The translations under genes and the position numbers were made by a program. This document shows positions 20,693-34,759 of a stretch of 64,000 bases of DNA, piece after piece. The stretch is from contig CM102285.1 of NCBI GenBank assembly GCA_046563655.1, positions 5,332,001 through 5,396,000 of the forward strand, in the 5' to 3' direction. The notes below the pieces were generated by a model. The model saw only the letters and a program-made list of their open reading frames with translations, did not search any database and had not been told where the DNA came from. Within the stretch, counting starts at the first letter, position 1; the number at the start of each line of letters is the position of its first letter. This stretch comes from Yuukianura sp. NJ FZ-2021 (lineage: Eukaryota).

Positions 20693-23600
20693 CTATTGTC
20701 CAGCCCCTTGAAGGAAGTTTTGCTTGAGTTCTCGACGTAGTATCTTGCCTGAAGGAGCTTTCGGTATGACCGGAACAAATTGAATACCGCCCTTCAATTC
20801 CTTATGCTTCGACACTTTTCCTGCCAGAAATTGGTGAACTTGAGATTCGTTGAGGCGGCTCTCCGCCTTTTTGACGATGTATGCGCGTGGCAATTCCCCG
20901 CACCTTTCATCCGGAATTCCAATTACCGCAACGTCAGCCACATCAGGTAGTTGTCTCAATCGATCTTCCAGCTCAGCAGGAGCAACCTATTTAGAAAGAA
21001 AAACTCTTGAAAAAAAGTTCCACAAAATATTAAATAACTTAACAATTTTCAATAAATCACCTGCAAACCGTTGACTTTGATCAATTCCTTTATTCGGTCA
21101 ACCACAAAAAAGCATTTGTCTTCATCGTAAAAACCGACGTCTCCCGTATGCAACCACCCATCAGCGTCTATCATGTCATCCGTGGCTTTCTTGTTTTTAA
21201 AATATCCTTTCATGTTCTATGTAACGTAAATGATAAAAATGGTTGAATTCAAGTTACAAACTGTATGAGTTTTGCTTATAGGTATTCTGTTGTCGCGTAC
21301 CTGAGGCCCCTTTATACACAGTTCTCCATTGGAATTCGGACCAAGCGTTTTCCCAGACTCAATATCAATGATCTTCAGGGAAGTATTTGGAAGGGCGTTG
21401 CCACATGATCCGACTTTTGAATTGCCGAATTTAGGATCCAGTACCAAAGCTGCTGGAGACGTTTCTGTTAACCCTGAAAACGCAAAGAACATTGGCTGTC
21501 ATGAATGATGCAGAATTTAATGATTTGCTTAGTAATAGAAAATCCAAGCAGAACTAAAGTTTCATTTTTTGTGAAAATATATCACTTTCATGAAACAAGC
21601 TTTGAATCAAACCTTTTTGATTTTTGTGCTCGCTGAATATTTTGCTACTTACCGTACATGTTCTGAACAAACAAATCTTTGCCAGCTTTGTAGATGAGTT
21701 TCTCTATTAACGAGGAACCCAAAGGAGCAGCGCCAGACTGAACGCATCGTACATGTTGTAAATCTTTGACTGTAATTTCTGGATGATGAACCAAAAACGC
21801 AATGATTGGCGGGACCAGGGTTAGAACATGGCCCTAAAAATTCAAAACGCCAATTAATTTCTCTGATTAAAAGAATTCCAGCTGAACTGTTGCTCAAGCA
21901 CATACCTTAATTTGGCGTAAGTTATTTAAGAATGTATCGGCGCCAAATTTTTGGATGCATAGAGTATGATTGCCGCAGTAGAATCCCGTTACCAAACTTG
22001 CCATTAATCCATAGCTATGGAAAAATGGAAGTACCTATATGTACGAAACATGGTTAGCGGAGCACTAGAAATAAATAAATGATGTCATACTAATGTACCC
22101 CAATAAGTCTATCCGGTTCTTCCCCTCGATCCACATTTCGAAGATTTGCACAACCAGGCGTGATGAATTGTCGCATGTTGGCGACTACATTGCGATGCGT
22201 AAGTTCAACACCTTTTGGAACTCCAGTTGTCCCACTAGAGAAAGGAAGAATGGCAACAAAAGAAGCAGTGTCAACATCCGAACCTTTCAAGAAGCTGACA
22301 CCGCTTGGGTCCACTTTCGTCATTTCCGAGAAAGTGTGACATCCCTCGTGAGGTTCCCCAACGACAATGATGGATTTTAGGGTGGGGCAATTTGCTGCCG
22401 CTTGACGAATTGCTGGCAGTAGAGAAGGAATAGTGACAGCAAAAGTGGCTTCTGAGATCACGACTTGTCGCACGATTTCGTCTGATGAAAACCAAAAAAA
22501 AAAAAAAAACAGCTTTTAGTAAGCCATGTTCTGTTCCTATGAGCATTTGTTCGATTTAAAAAAAGAAGAATTAATTAAAATTTTCTCCATTTTGATGTTC
22601 ATTCTGACTGGTTATCTATGACGTACAACCAGTACCCATTGAAACCTGTTTTTGCTCTAAAATGCATAATGCTTTCTCACCTAAAGTGTAGGACGGATTA
22701 ACCTGAAAGCAAAATAATTATCACTTTTAGAACGTGCGTGAAAAGCAATACGCTTGAAGAAAGATTTTCTTACCGGAGAAAGCAGTCCGCCTGGATTAAT
22801 AAAAAAATTCTCACTCACAATCAGTAAAAACTTTTGTTTTAGCTGTAGTTTTTAGTAAAAGTGAAATGTACCTGCGTCCATAATTCCAAAGGCAATAAGT
22901 GGAAATTCGAAGACGTTTGGAAGTGCAACGCTCACCACTTGACCTCTCTTCAAGCCGGCTTTAATCAGTGCCGCCGCAAATCCCCTGCTTTGCCTGTACG
23001 CCTGTCCATATGTCAGTTGCTGACCAGTTTGAGAGCATTCCTACAAAGTGCCATAATAAAAACATTGCTCACTCAGTAAGTAATATTTTTAAGTGATGCC
23101 TACTTTACAACTTTATTTGAAATTAGGGTAGAAGTGATTCTGAAAATACAGCAACCTGTGCAATGTTATTGGAATTATAAATTCCAAGTTATATATGTCT
23201 CACCACGCAAAGTTAAAATTAACGCAAAGTTATCTCACCTATACATGTGTATATGAGAAATCTTAATTTCATACAAAAGACAAAAACAAAATTTCACCAC
23301 ATTTGCGCTGTTGTTCAAAGTGCAGAGAAAGCCGTTTGGTTGGACTAAAGACTGACTCTGGAGAAGTGTCTACAAGCGATTTAGAATTTCAAATAAAAAT
23401 TGACAGATTATTTTTAACACGAATTTGCCAGGTCATTTTGAACCGCATGCCGATTTAACAGGATATCACGAAGGAACACGGGATTCGTTCGTATTGTGTT
23501 TAGAATTAATTTTTAAACAATTAAAGCTAAAAGTACAACAGTTTAGTGCATTTCAGCGTCAATTTTTTTTTGCTGCCGTCAAACATGTTTCATGATCAAC

Positions 23601-23994
23601 TCTACAAAAAATGCAAGAACGCCAGAAATGCTAAAATGAGTCTTTAATTTCCCCCTCATTTGCACAATAGTTTAATTTATATCTGACTTGCAGAACTTGT
23701 TACGTAAAGAGTGAGCGAATCTTCTGATTTGATTATGTTATAATGTAGTAAACTTACAAATGCAATTCTATTTTCCTTTAAGTGAAGGTTGGACCAAACT
23801 GCTTCAGGAATTGTTAGATTTTCAAAATCTGTTATGGACGGGTACGAAGAATGTACCACATTTTCAGATTGGTCTTGTGCAGCTTTGCTATACTGGACGT
23901 GCTGCGATGCCAATCCGTTGAAACTGTTCTTCCCACTTAGCAGTTGTGTAGTTCGTCTTGCAATTACCAAACCACTCGAAACTGCTTTCCTCAT
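20693..23994 (-). CDS. 4-coumarate-CoA ligase/luciferase-like acyl-CoA synthetase (multi-exon)
   Basis: AMP-binding [55 protein letters not shown] and [12 protein letters not shown] motifs, with GT-AG introns. Confidence 0.93.
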
Positions 23995-25827
23995 GTTGAA
24001 TACCACTTTTTTCTGTTAAAATCATAATATATAAATCGGTATTTTAAGAAAATATTTTAGTACGAGAAACGAGCGAAACAAAAACTTCAAGACGCAGAAC
24101 TAATGATGCTTCTCTTACATTTGGAATGAAACTGATGGAAACGCTGATGCGTCCGCGGTGGTGTTGGAGCTGGCGTCTTTTAACGGACAAACCGCAGAAG
24201 ATTAAAACAAAAGTAATCAACCGGACACAGGCTGCGTGTGATCAATTAAAACCACCAAAACCAAAACTTGGATGAAGTGTGAACATAAACCAGTTTTCGA
24301 TTAACCGAACAGAAGAGGAACAGAGTAGTCGAGGACGAGAGGATGGATAAGACAGAAATGATCTAACCACATAGTATAGTAAGTCCAAATCTACGCTAAA
24401 CAGTTGACACTTCCATGCAATTGTTTTGGAAGCATCTTCTCACGAGTAATCTCCCACCCAACTCCAACTCCCAAAAACAACGAATATTTCCAAGGTTCCT
24501 ACAGTAACAAAATAGTTTTTCTTTGACTAACTTTAGAAAAAAAAACCGCTCCTTCGACTTTGGCACAAAGGTCAAATGTGTAAATATGTCTAAGTACGGG
24601 TAGATTCAATTGGATTTTGCCTGGTAGGAAACATGATTCATTAAAGTTGTGATTAGCGTACAACATGTGCCATGTGCCAACCTACTTTAGGAATGAGGTC
24701 AGACAATATTTTTTTCAGATGCATATTATTTTTTCTTATGTAAAAACCCGAGCAAGGGGAGTTTTAAAAAAAAAGACGTCTGACAGAATAAGGTCTAATG
24801 TTTCAATTTCGTTTTTTATTTATTTAAAAACCCGAATAAAAGGCGAGTTTAAAAAAAAGTATTCTCACTTTATAAATTTCTTAGACTATTCTTTATCGTA
24901 TAACTACTAATAGCCTTTGATGACTTTGCAGTTCACGCGTTTGACACAATATGGAGGTCCATGAAATGCTGCCTCAAGGTCACAACATCAGATTTGTACA
25001 TTCAACTTAAATTCTGCAAAATACTATGAGTCTATTTCATTTGTTACAAACTTTCCACCAATTACTGTACCAAATACAAAAGCCAAGGTGACCTTGCTTA
25101 GGAAATGTGTTTTAATGGGGAGCTAAAATTTGATGAGCAAAAAATGTAACACACTTCCACAGATGACCTCATTAGTGCAAAATCCACTAACTTACTTCAG
25201 TCCCATTTCACAATGATTATTTAAACGCACTTTCGACCTGTCAAGTGAAGCGCTCGAAAATGGAACATGCAAAAAATACTGAATCGAAAAAGTGATCGCA
25301 GAATTGACCTCTTGGGAACTCATATCTTTAGTGGATTTTGCCCTGGCACGTGTAAGACTCACAGGCAGAGTCCGGGTCGATGTTCCAAATAACATGATGA
25401 CGTTATTACCTATTTAAGATTAAAGCAACTTTAAATTTTATGTGCTGGTTAATTTTGCAACCCGAAAGTTCCACTTCCAATTCGACGCGGATTTTAATCA
25501 ACTGGAAATAAATGATTCAGGAAAATTCTTTCGAAATTCATGGCTTATAAGTTGAGATTCTAACAGGTCAGTGCTGAAAGCTGAAATCTTGCTAAGATCT
25601 TCCATGAAACTTAATAAAAAAGACAAGAAAGTTTTCCTGATTATGTCCGAATTAATATAAACGAAAAGAATCCAAACTGCGAAAGTCATTATCACTGCAT
25701 CACCGCAGTTTATTAATTATAATTATTCACAAACGTAATAAGTTAGTCCTTATTATTGAATCCGCGTAATATAAAAAAAATAGAAAATTAAAAAAAAAAG
25801 TAAATTATGAACAAAACCTAGAGAGTC

Positions 25828-26367
25828 TCAATGGACAGAAGCCAAATTCGGCAGGACTTTAGCTGTCAATTCTTCTGTTTTCTTTTCCAGTCCAAACCTC
25901 TTATGAATTGGTGAATAGTCGTAACCAACTACTTGACTGTGCTCTCCCTTGCCATACGTGTGGCCACTGTCGAAGACAAAGTGTGGCCCATAGTTGGCAT
26001 GGGAGAAACTGGAGTGACGATATCCCGACCAAATCAAATACAACAGGCCTAGTCCAAAAATCGGTAAAAAAATTAATGGAATGATTGTTGCTCCAAGTAT
26101 TTGAATCAGCAGCATTGCAATGTTGTTGTGGCTCAACAAGGGCTGCTTTGGCTTTCGTTGTGGACCGCTGCCATGATTTTCACTGTACGCAGGTTGTGTA
26201 CTTCCATAGAAAATGTTTTGAAAGGAATCCTGCGGGAAGTAAGAGCCCATGGCGAGTTCGTGTTCGCCAAATTCCGGTTGACTTGGATTTTCCACAGATA
26301 TTGTTATGGGATCCCCTCCAGATACTTTGGATATGATCACAAAAATTGCACACACTGTCCACAACAT
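25828..26367 (-). CDS. Orphan single-exon protein with signal peptide and one hydrophobic TM segment
   Basis: MLWTVCAIFVIISKVSG signal, IAMLLIQILGATIIPLIFLPIFGLGLLYLIW hydrophobic stretch and an H/Y/G-rich tail. Confidence 0.6.
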   Translation of the reverse strand: MLWTVCAIFVIISKVSGGDPITISVENPSQPEFGEHELAMGSYFPQDSFQNIFYGSTQPAYSENHGSGPQRKPKQPLLSHNNIAMLLIQILGATIIPLIFLPIFGLGLLYLIWSGYRHSSFSHANYGPHFVFDSGHTYGKGEHSQVVGYDYSPIHKRFGLEKKTEELTAKVLPNLASVH

Positions 26368-26962
26368 TTTGAACACACAAAACACAAATGGAATGCAATC
26401 GTAAATAAGTTTTATGATTTTGTGTGGTTAGTTTGTAAAAACGAAAGGAAAAGTTTTGATGCTGCTCAAAAAAAAATGTGTAAAAGCAAAAGTGGGTGAA
26501 AACTGAAACGCACAAAACCTGTTTCTTTGCAACGAACGCTTGGACGAAACTAGTTTTGTCAATTTACTGGGTTGGTGTTAGTAAAAACTTGAACTTGAAG
26601 AAACCATATGGATTTCTCACATTTCAGCATCGGGGTCACTTAACGCTTTCACGAGCAACTTGAATTTGTTGTTATGGCAACTAATGCCACAAATATGTTT
26701 TGTTTACAATAAATGATCACTGGACTTTTCGAGCTCAATAGCGTTAAAATTTCCATAGCGACGTACATTTCATATAGACGCATATTGATTCAACTTTTTG
26801 TTTGATGGTTTTGGAAAGGACTTTCTTCGGAGTCAAGTCGAATCTCTCTGCTGCTGGAAGGACGTCGACGTTTGCTGCTCATTTCAAGACTTTACTGGCC
26901 AATTTCCTGAACTCCATTTGAATTTGAAACACAGAAGTTGAAAAGCATCAACTGATTTCGAC

Positions 26963-29815
26963 ATGGCATGTCGAAATGTGGAAGGGCTGCCCCATTTGCC
27001 AGGGAACAGTTTCACTGACCCCACGGTAAGGTTCAAACGTTCTAAAACAAGCACTATGATGGATACTTATACTCATATGCCTCTGCCTTGTTTATTTATA
27101 GGCAATGGACTTCCGAAAAAGTCAAACATTTGAATACGTCAATGGCTTCCGCGTACCGAAATCGACGTACTTGGGCATCGGCTGCTTTCCAATTCCTGAG
27201 AAAGCGCTTACAGTCAAGGATATATTCGACACTTACAAGTAAAGACATGTTTAATTGCCGAGTTTCGAAAGAAATTATTCCAAAATCTGTTTCTTTGCAG
27301 TTATGATCCTTGTTTGACCTATGGAAAGCCGAAACCGAAGGCTCCGCCTCCAGTAATTCCAAGATTTGTGCAATTGGAGAAAAAGGTAAAAGCTAAAAAA
27401 AGAATTTGATTCGATTCACTTTACTTTCATTTTTGTGTTTTAATGCTTCAACTTTTTGATTAATTTTCAGGTTCTCAAATTCTTTGCGTACTACAAAGAA
27501 ACTGTGTTCAACTCTCAGGATGAGTTTTACCGAGTTCGTCCAGTCGAAATTTGGTACTACTTGGAAGATGACACCATCATGGTCAACGAACCCGTGGTCC
27601 AGGTACTTGTTTTTTGCTGAAACACAGTTACCAAAATACTCGTATTGCACGTGACTTACTAATTTACATGAATAATGTCACAGAACTCTGGACTGATGCA
27701 AGGAAAATTCTTGAAGCGACATCGCATTCCGAAAAACAATAACTGCGGAACCTGGCATTGGAAAGATCTCAACATCCAATGCAACATCACATTCTACAAC
27801 CGAGTTTTTCGTGTCGTCGATGCCGATTGCTTTACAAAAAACTTCTATGAGAGCGAAGGTGTCATTCTGAACAATCCTGAAGAAATGCCGAAGGATCCAT
27901 ACATTGACAAGCGTTACATGCTGCTTCAAAAGCAGTTCACTTGTTCTGGCGATGTAAATTGAAAATTTTTTCTGAAAATTTTAGCTTCTGGAAATTTAAA
28001 ATACAAACAACTCATATTTTTTGTGTTTTTAGGTTATGTGCGATGGACGGAAGAAGTTTCTGGAATTTGAGAAAAAGGCTTTGCGTTTCAATGTTGTCTG
28101 GGATGATCGTGAAGCGGAATACGGATACCTCCGGAAGCTAGAGCTACTCTATCACTTGAGTGACGATTGTGTCGAAGTAGTGGACGTTCCGGAACCGAAC
28201 TCTGGACGAGACCCCTTCAAACTTCTGCTTCGTAAAACTCGACTTCCAAAGAAATGGAAGGATTTACCTCGTAAGTTTCAAAGGAAAATGAGAATTTTTT
28301 AGCCATTTTAAACTTTTGAATGCAAAAGTGTTACTGATTTTGGTTTCAATTTCAGTTCTCTTCCCTTCTGTGTCACTGGAAGCTTCGAACCGTGAAATTG
28401 TGGAGTATTACGAACCGAAGGATTTCAAAATCGGCGAAACAATTATTGTCTTCGGTCGACGAATGCTCATTTACGACATGGACGAGTACACCAAGAACTT
28501 TTATCGGGAACATTTTGGATACACGGACTTTACACCGATCTGCGTCTTTCCACCGAAGGACCCTCCGCTGAAAATTGTAAATGGTCTAATTATTCGTAAC
28601 TTAATAGATTTAATTAATTAATGTATTTGATTTCAATAACTTTCTCAATAGGAACCGCCTCCATGGAACGGCTGGGGTTCTCCTGAAGACTCCATCCAAT
28701 CTTGGCTCCACATTGTTCCGCGTCGTCCTCGATACGACGCCATGAAAACACTCATCTTTGATCTCAAAGTATTGAAATTTGGCGCCGTTTTGGACTCGAC
28801 GCGTCCGGAAGACCAAGGTCGAGAATTCACCATTTCCTATCGCCTTGTGGATGATAAGTTGTCTGTCTACGAGCGCCCAGTTCGTAACTCTGGATGGATG
28901 CCCGGGAAGTTTTTGGATTTCTGTCGCATTCAGAAACCAGGATCTTCAAACGATGATCCAGTTTACTACGGTCCACATGATCTGTACATCGGAGCCATGG
29001 TAGATTTTTACGGATATCGCTTTTGCCTCAAGTCTGCCGATGCCTTTGTCCTTGAATTTCTTGAGAAGAATCCAGATTGTTTCCCGGATTGTGTCAAGGA
29101 AAATCTTCGAACTTACTTCGAATGCGAGAAGCGTGTTAATCCTGCGTTTGCGGCTGAGAAACCTTGTGACCCAGGTAAATCATAATTTTTTAAACCCGAG
29201 GATAGAAAGTGGAACTTCTAATTAAAATCAGTTTCATTATCGCAGGTCGACCAGTTTGCGAAGAACCGATCGGAGAAGGATTCTTTGAGCATTTGGGACT
29301 CGGGACAGATCGTGTTGACGAGAATCCATGTACTGAGAATCCAAATCCGTGCAAGGAACCATACGACTGGGATATGTGCAAGAAGTTGGGTTACAATTGC
29401 GGCTTCAAACGTCCAGAACATGGAGCAGATGAATTGGAACCGATTGACCAAGTTTGTGAGAAGCCTTGTCCAGGAAATCCAGACATGTTTGAGCAAAAGG
29501 AGTGTGCGGTTTGCCAACCGGAAAAATACCTTGCTCCTGGTGAGGCCATGCTGATTTCTTTTTTGAAACTGATGAAATTTTGGTTACTTTGCTCTCCTAT
29601 TTAAATGCTCCTGTTTGAATCCTATTTCAGATCCAATCATGCCAAATCCAAGACTGGAAGACGGACTGCTTGAGAAATTGGGCCCAGAAGAGTATCAAGA
29701 CCTCCGAGCACATCGTTTCGATTGCTACAATCCGCCAACACTCGAAAAACAAATGGATATTCACGAGAAGCGTGTTCGATTCAATTGTCCTTGTCCCCCG
29801 TGCGAAGGGAAATGA
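26963..29815 (+). CDS. EFHC1: EF-hand domain-containing protein 1 (Rib72/myoclonin), DM10-domain axonemal protein
   Basis: N-terminal GLPHLPGNSFTDPT and three DM10 domains (VLKFFAYYKE..YYLEDDT..NSGLMQGKFLKRHRIPK; LRFNVVWDD..NSGRDPF; VLKFGA..RNSGWMPGKFL). Spliced. Confidence 0.9.
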
Positions 29816-30792
29816 GACGTTCTTCAACCCTGCTATCAAATGTCAAAATACATCAGAATTATTCAATAAGTCGTAAAAAAAGTAAAACAAAAAACACACC
29901 AATAAATTTGTATGCTATCCAAAATTTAAAATCGAAAATCAATTTGTTTCTTCTAAACCGCTTTCACTTGTAATTCATAATACATGTGTAATTCTCTAAA
30001 CTTCCAAACTTAACAGAATGCAGAATTCTGTAATTAAAGTGAATCTTCACTTCACCGCTGTCAAATCTCGACGACGGTTTTTGGATTGCTCATTTCAGGA
30101 TAATCGTATCATCCGAACCCAACCGCAGTTAAAATTTGCGTCTCTTTGTACTATTCTATGAAGAACGAAAGCAAGGTCGAGGTGGCGTCGGTAATATGTA
30201 GTGGAGTGGGTTAAATTTGGAAGCGTGCAAAATCCGACGTGCAAAAAGCAAAAAAACTGCATCGTTTGTAAATTTTTTTTTGCAATTTCGTGAAACCACT
30301 GCTTGCAGTAGAGCTTTAGTGTGAAAGACTCCCCCAAGTTTGCATCTGAAGCATCTTTAATAGAATTGAGTGCGCCCAGACGATGCGCACCAACCCAGAC
30401 AGTCCTATCCTTTCCCGTCTCGTCTCAGTAAAAAAATAAAATCATTTTCAACACAAAGAAAGATTCTTGGGTTTTGTGATAATCTTGAAGTGTCCATTAA
30501 TTATATTCGATTAACACGGTAATTAATTAAGCCGGACAGTGAAACAATGTCATGTTCCGTCGTAAGGTCATTATTGTGAGTGGAAGGTAATAGTGATTGT
30601 TTCCAGCATTAAGTGTTAGAATAACTTGCGAGATAAGACGTTGCGAGACTTATAGACTTGCGAAAATTATAGTAGATTAGTGCACAGACTGCAGAGTGCA
30701 AAGTAGTAGTAAATCCAACATACGTTTCAAGTCTCATTATATTTTGTTTACTTTCAGAACTCCAGGAAGAGTGCCGTTACTGTACTGCTAAA

Positions 30793-33354
30793 ATGAGACC
30801 ACGTCCAGGTCCGAGGACGTACCTAATTACGAAAGCCACTGCTAGTATATTTGTTTTCTGCGCATGTGTCGGGTTTTGGTCGACGAATGCCGCAGCAGAG
30901 AACGTTCGGAATTGTGATTACAAGACAGCAACGTCAGGAAAGGAGGATGACTATAGCGAATATGAAGTAATTTGTACTACTATCTGTGTAACCTTAACCT
31001 TACGCTGGAATTTGACAAACTGACGAACTTATAAGTGCTTGATATATTAACACTCGGGTAATTTTGATTTTCAGAAAACCGTATCGGTGTGTTCTCACGA
31101 ATCTCCATTCTGCTTTGCCTATTGGACGGAATCAAATGTAACTGGAGAAGTCATTTTTCTTCAGCAAGGTACAAACCATTCTGACTGAATACAGTACTTT
31201 ACTTGGCTTAGTACTTATTGCAGCAGTAGCATGTGTCTGGACTCATGTATCGAATGCATTTTGTGAATCGCTAAGCTTAAGCTTAATGATTATTAACTTT
31301 TTTTAGGATGTTGGGGTGCTTCACCGAAAACGCCATGTGAGTCAGAGTCTTGCATCACTACTGTTTACAAGGGCTCTGCTAGGCAACCACACAAGTTTTG
31401 CTGCTGTTCCAGCGATAATTGCAACAATAACGTGACAGTGGTTGAGGTTGACCTGCCGCCTGCTGTAACATGGGAAGTGGAGGATCAAGAGGAAAGACCA
31501 AGTTCCTTTGGTTGGATTTTAACTGTTGCCATCGTGGGAGCTTCGATTGCAATAATTCTTTTCTTATCTACACTAACGTTGCTTTCATATGTTCGGAACA
31601 AGAAACAGAAGCTGAGTGAGAAGTTAGAGAACATCGAGGCTGGTGAAAAGCTTATGGAAACTGAACCCGTCACTGATGAAAATTGGGAAGTTCCTGATCA
31701 AGTTGTCTTGGGACAAGAACTCGGTACGTTTGTATGCAATGAGGAGTGTGATACAAAAATGTAACCCGAATGACTACCATAAACCGTACATGTTTAATTA
31801 ATTTTGCTTTATTCGCCATTTTTCCAGCTCGTGGAAAGTTTGGCACCGTGTATTCTGGAATCACTGGTGGATGCAAAGTGGCTCTGAAAGTATTTACATC
31901 TGACCAACGTGAATTTTACGTCAATGAACGGTTCATTTACCACATGCTGGGCGACACTTCGGGAAAAAATATTTTAAGATATCATGGTTAGTGACTTAAA
32001 ATAATACTGTAAGGTTATTGTTCATGGACTGAAGGTCTAACGTTAACGCAAATCTCTTCTCGTGAAACTTAAGTGTTATCGATAATTCTTAGGGTGGAAG
32101 GAATTCTCAACTTTGAGCTCGACTAACTTGATTCTGGTTCTGGAAAAAATCGTGCCTGGGAATCTGCGGGATTTCTTGCAGTCCACGAGTCTCAGTCTGT
32201 GCCATGCCCTCAAATTGATGAAAGGGATAGCAAATGGTCTTTCATTTTTGCACGGAGAGAATAAGAATGGTTTAGTGGTTGCTCATCGGTAAGTTTGGCA
32301 ATCGCAATCGAACGCTATTGTTAATTTTTCCACGAATATTCTTATAGAATAACGTTTGTGTTATTTATCAGGGATTTGACTTCAAAGAACATATTGGTTG
32401 ATGGAAACTGTACTGCCTACATCTCAGACTTTGGACTTTCACTTCAAACTTGTGGATCGAAGTACTATTTCGCTGGAAAGGAGCGACAGGCGGAGTTCAA
32501 CAGCTTAGCAGAAGCCGGGTACAGCTAAACTTTTGCTTACTTATACTAAGTTAAGGCGAAGTTATAATGTCTTTGTATTTATTCCTACACACAGAACACT
32601 GCGATATATGGCTCCTGAGCTGCTCGAGGGTGCTGTCAATTTGAAAGACTGTGAGAACGCATTGAAACAAGTGGACATTTACGCTGCTGCTGTGTTACTT
32701 TGGGAAATAGGACATGTGTGCTCGGATATTCGACTTGGGGAGGACGTTTCGTATGCCTTGCCGTACGAAGTTGAAATAGGTATAGACGATCAGTTCTGAC
32801 TTATTCCAAATATTTTATTATAATTTACAATTTTCGTTTGTATGTTTTATTCTTTGAAATCAGGAAAAGATATAACAATGGAGACGCTGACACGCTTTGT
32901 CGTCACTCGCCGTGATCGTCCATCCTTTAGCCAATGGCGTGATACTGCCGTATCACGTGGAATTCGGGATACTCTGAACGAATCGTGGGATCCCGAACCA
33001 GATGCTCGTCTAACTGCCCTATGTATCGTTGAGCGACTCAATGATATCAGCCAACTCACTTCCAACAAGTCCGACTCCAACTCCACTACACCGCTGGAGA
33101 CTGTAACAAGTTCACCCTGGACCGGGAGAAACAGTTGCCTGGAGCGCAACCTCTTGGATCGATCTGAAGACAAGTCTACTGAATACTTACTCACTTCAGA
33201 GAAGCACAGGAATCCATTCTATTGTAACAACTCTACAGAAGGCGAAAGTATGGTTACAATGAACACAGATTTGTCGAATGGATCTGGACTTACGCCTACG
33301 GTGGCGGTAGGGCCTACGCCAATCCCCTTCCTCCAGAACATCCGTCGAGTTTAG
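30793..33354 (+). CDS. wit: BMP type II receptor Ser/Thr kinase (wishful thinking/BMPR2)
   Basis: Signal peptide, Cys-rich ectodomain (QGCW, FCCCSSDNCN), TM segment, kinase motifs HRDLTSKNILV, SDFG and GTLRYMAPELLEGAVNLKDCENALKQVDIY, and the tail motif GRNSCLERN. Confidence 0.9.
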
Positions 33355-34759
33355 CGGATAAAATTGACGTGAGCATAATTTTGGTTTTGTTTAGGTAATG
33401 CACGCTAGCTAATGACTTACATAAAATACTCTAACTACTATTAAGTTATTTAAGGATTGGAAATGTAATTGGAGATGTAGCTTGGACAGGAAGTGGTTTA
33501 GTTAGGTGTAGGAGGTAGCACCTTTTCAACAACATGCCAACACTGTCAAGTCAACAAGCTAATCAAGCAGCATCATCATTTACTGGATACATTCATATGA
33601 ATCGCTAAAAGATCAGCCATATAACAAGTCACTGGTGGTAACTCCGGTCCTATTCACTTGGATTTGGAATTGCAGTCACGTCGTAAGAAGTTAGCAGTTC
33701 ACCGCGTAGAGTTATTTTGTTTTCCATGGGCTGCAAACTTTATTAACTTTTAGTAAATTAATTAGTGTTAACTACTTAACGCGAGATAGACAAAACATTT
33801 TATCTATGCCATAAGAACTAAACTTACGTTTACGTTAGGTACATCTAAAATATACAAACAAGTTAGATTCTTTTTCTTTCTAATTGCCTAACTTCACTAG
33901 AGAGATTTACGTTTTAACGCCAAATTCATTTAAATCGTGAGGTACGGACTCTCATATTTTAAGAAAATGATGGCTTGGAGGCTTTTGAGCTTTAATTTTT
34001 GTTTACGGAAAACCAATAACTTACCTAACATTGAATTTGAATTTCACTTTGACCACTCTAATAAGCCGTAAGGATGTCTCGTGCCGAGTGGGAGGTTGGT
34101 TGTCAACTGGGGTTTGAAGACTGTAAAAATGTTGTCACTATTAATCAGGAAGGAATTAAAACTCCAGAGGTTACTATTGTCATTACCACTTTTATTTTTT
34201 AGAAAAAAGCGTCACAAGGTTACTTGACACGAGTGATGGGTTAGACACGAATGTTGGTTTCGATTTATTTTAATCGTTTTGCAATGACGAGATCACATTC
34301 TTACGAAAGTGCTAAAAACTTGAAAAGAATAATGCCGTAATAAGCATCAGCAATGGAATGGCAACCATTCGTCGAAGAAATAGGAGACGGATTAAATGTC
34401 GGGAGGCAGCTGCCCAAAAGTTAAAATATTGTGATTTGTTCTCCTACGTTGCTAGGCATTGTATTCATTACTTAAGTTAGAATATGGTTGAGTCTAATGT
34501 TTATTTATTTATAGTTTAGTGTTCAAGTCTACGAGATACTCCCCGAGTTGGAAATAAATAAGCATTTGGTATAGTAACTAGAGTTGTCACAATTTGTCTG
34601 CGTGGTGTAAATACTTGATGATGCCTTGTAGCGGGCGTGATTGAAATGAGATTTTGTTCTAACTACGATAAACAGACGACAATACATAGGGAAATTAGGC
34701 TTTTAAACGAGTTGGAATTAAAAACACACTTCAGAAAAAGTTTTTCAGAATCTGGTCTG

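Noticed and set aside
20693..23994. Calling the gene a true luciferase
   Set aside because: The motifs are shared by the whole acyl-CoA synthetase family, and nothing here shows luminescent activity.
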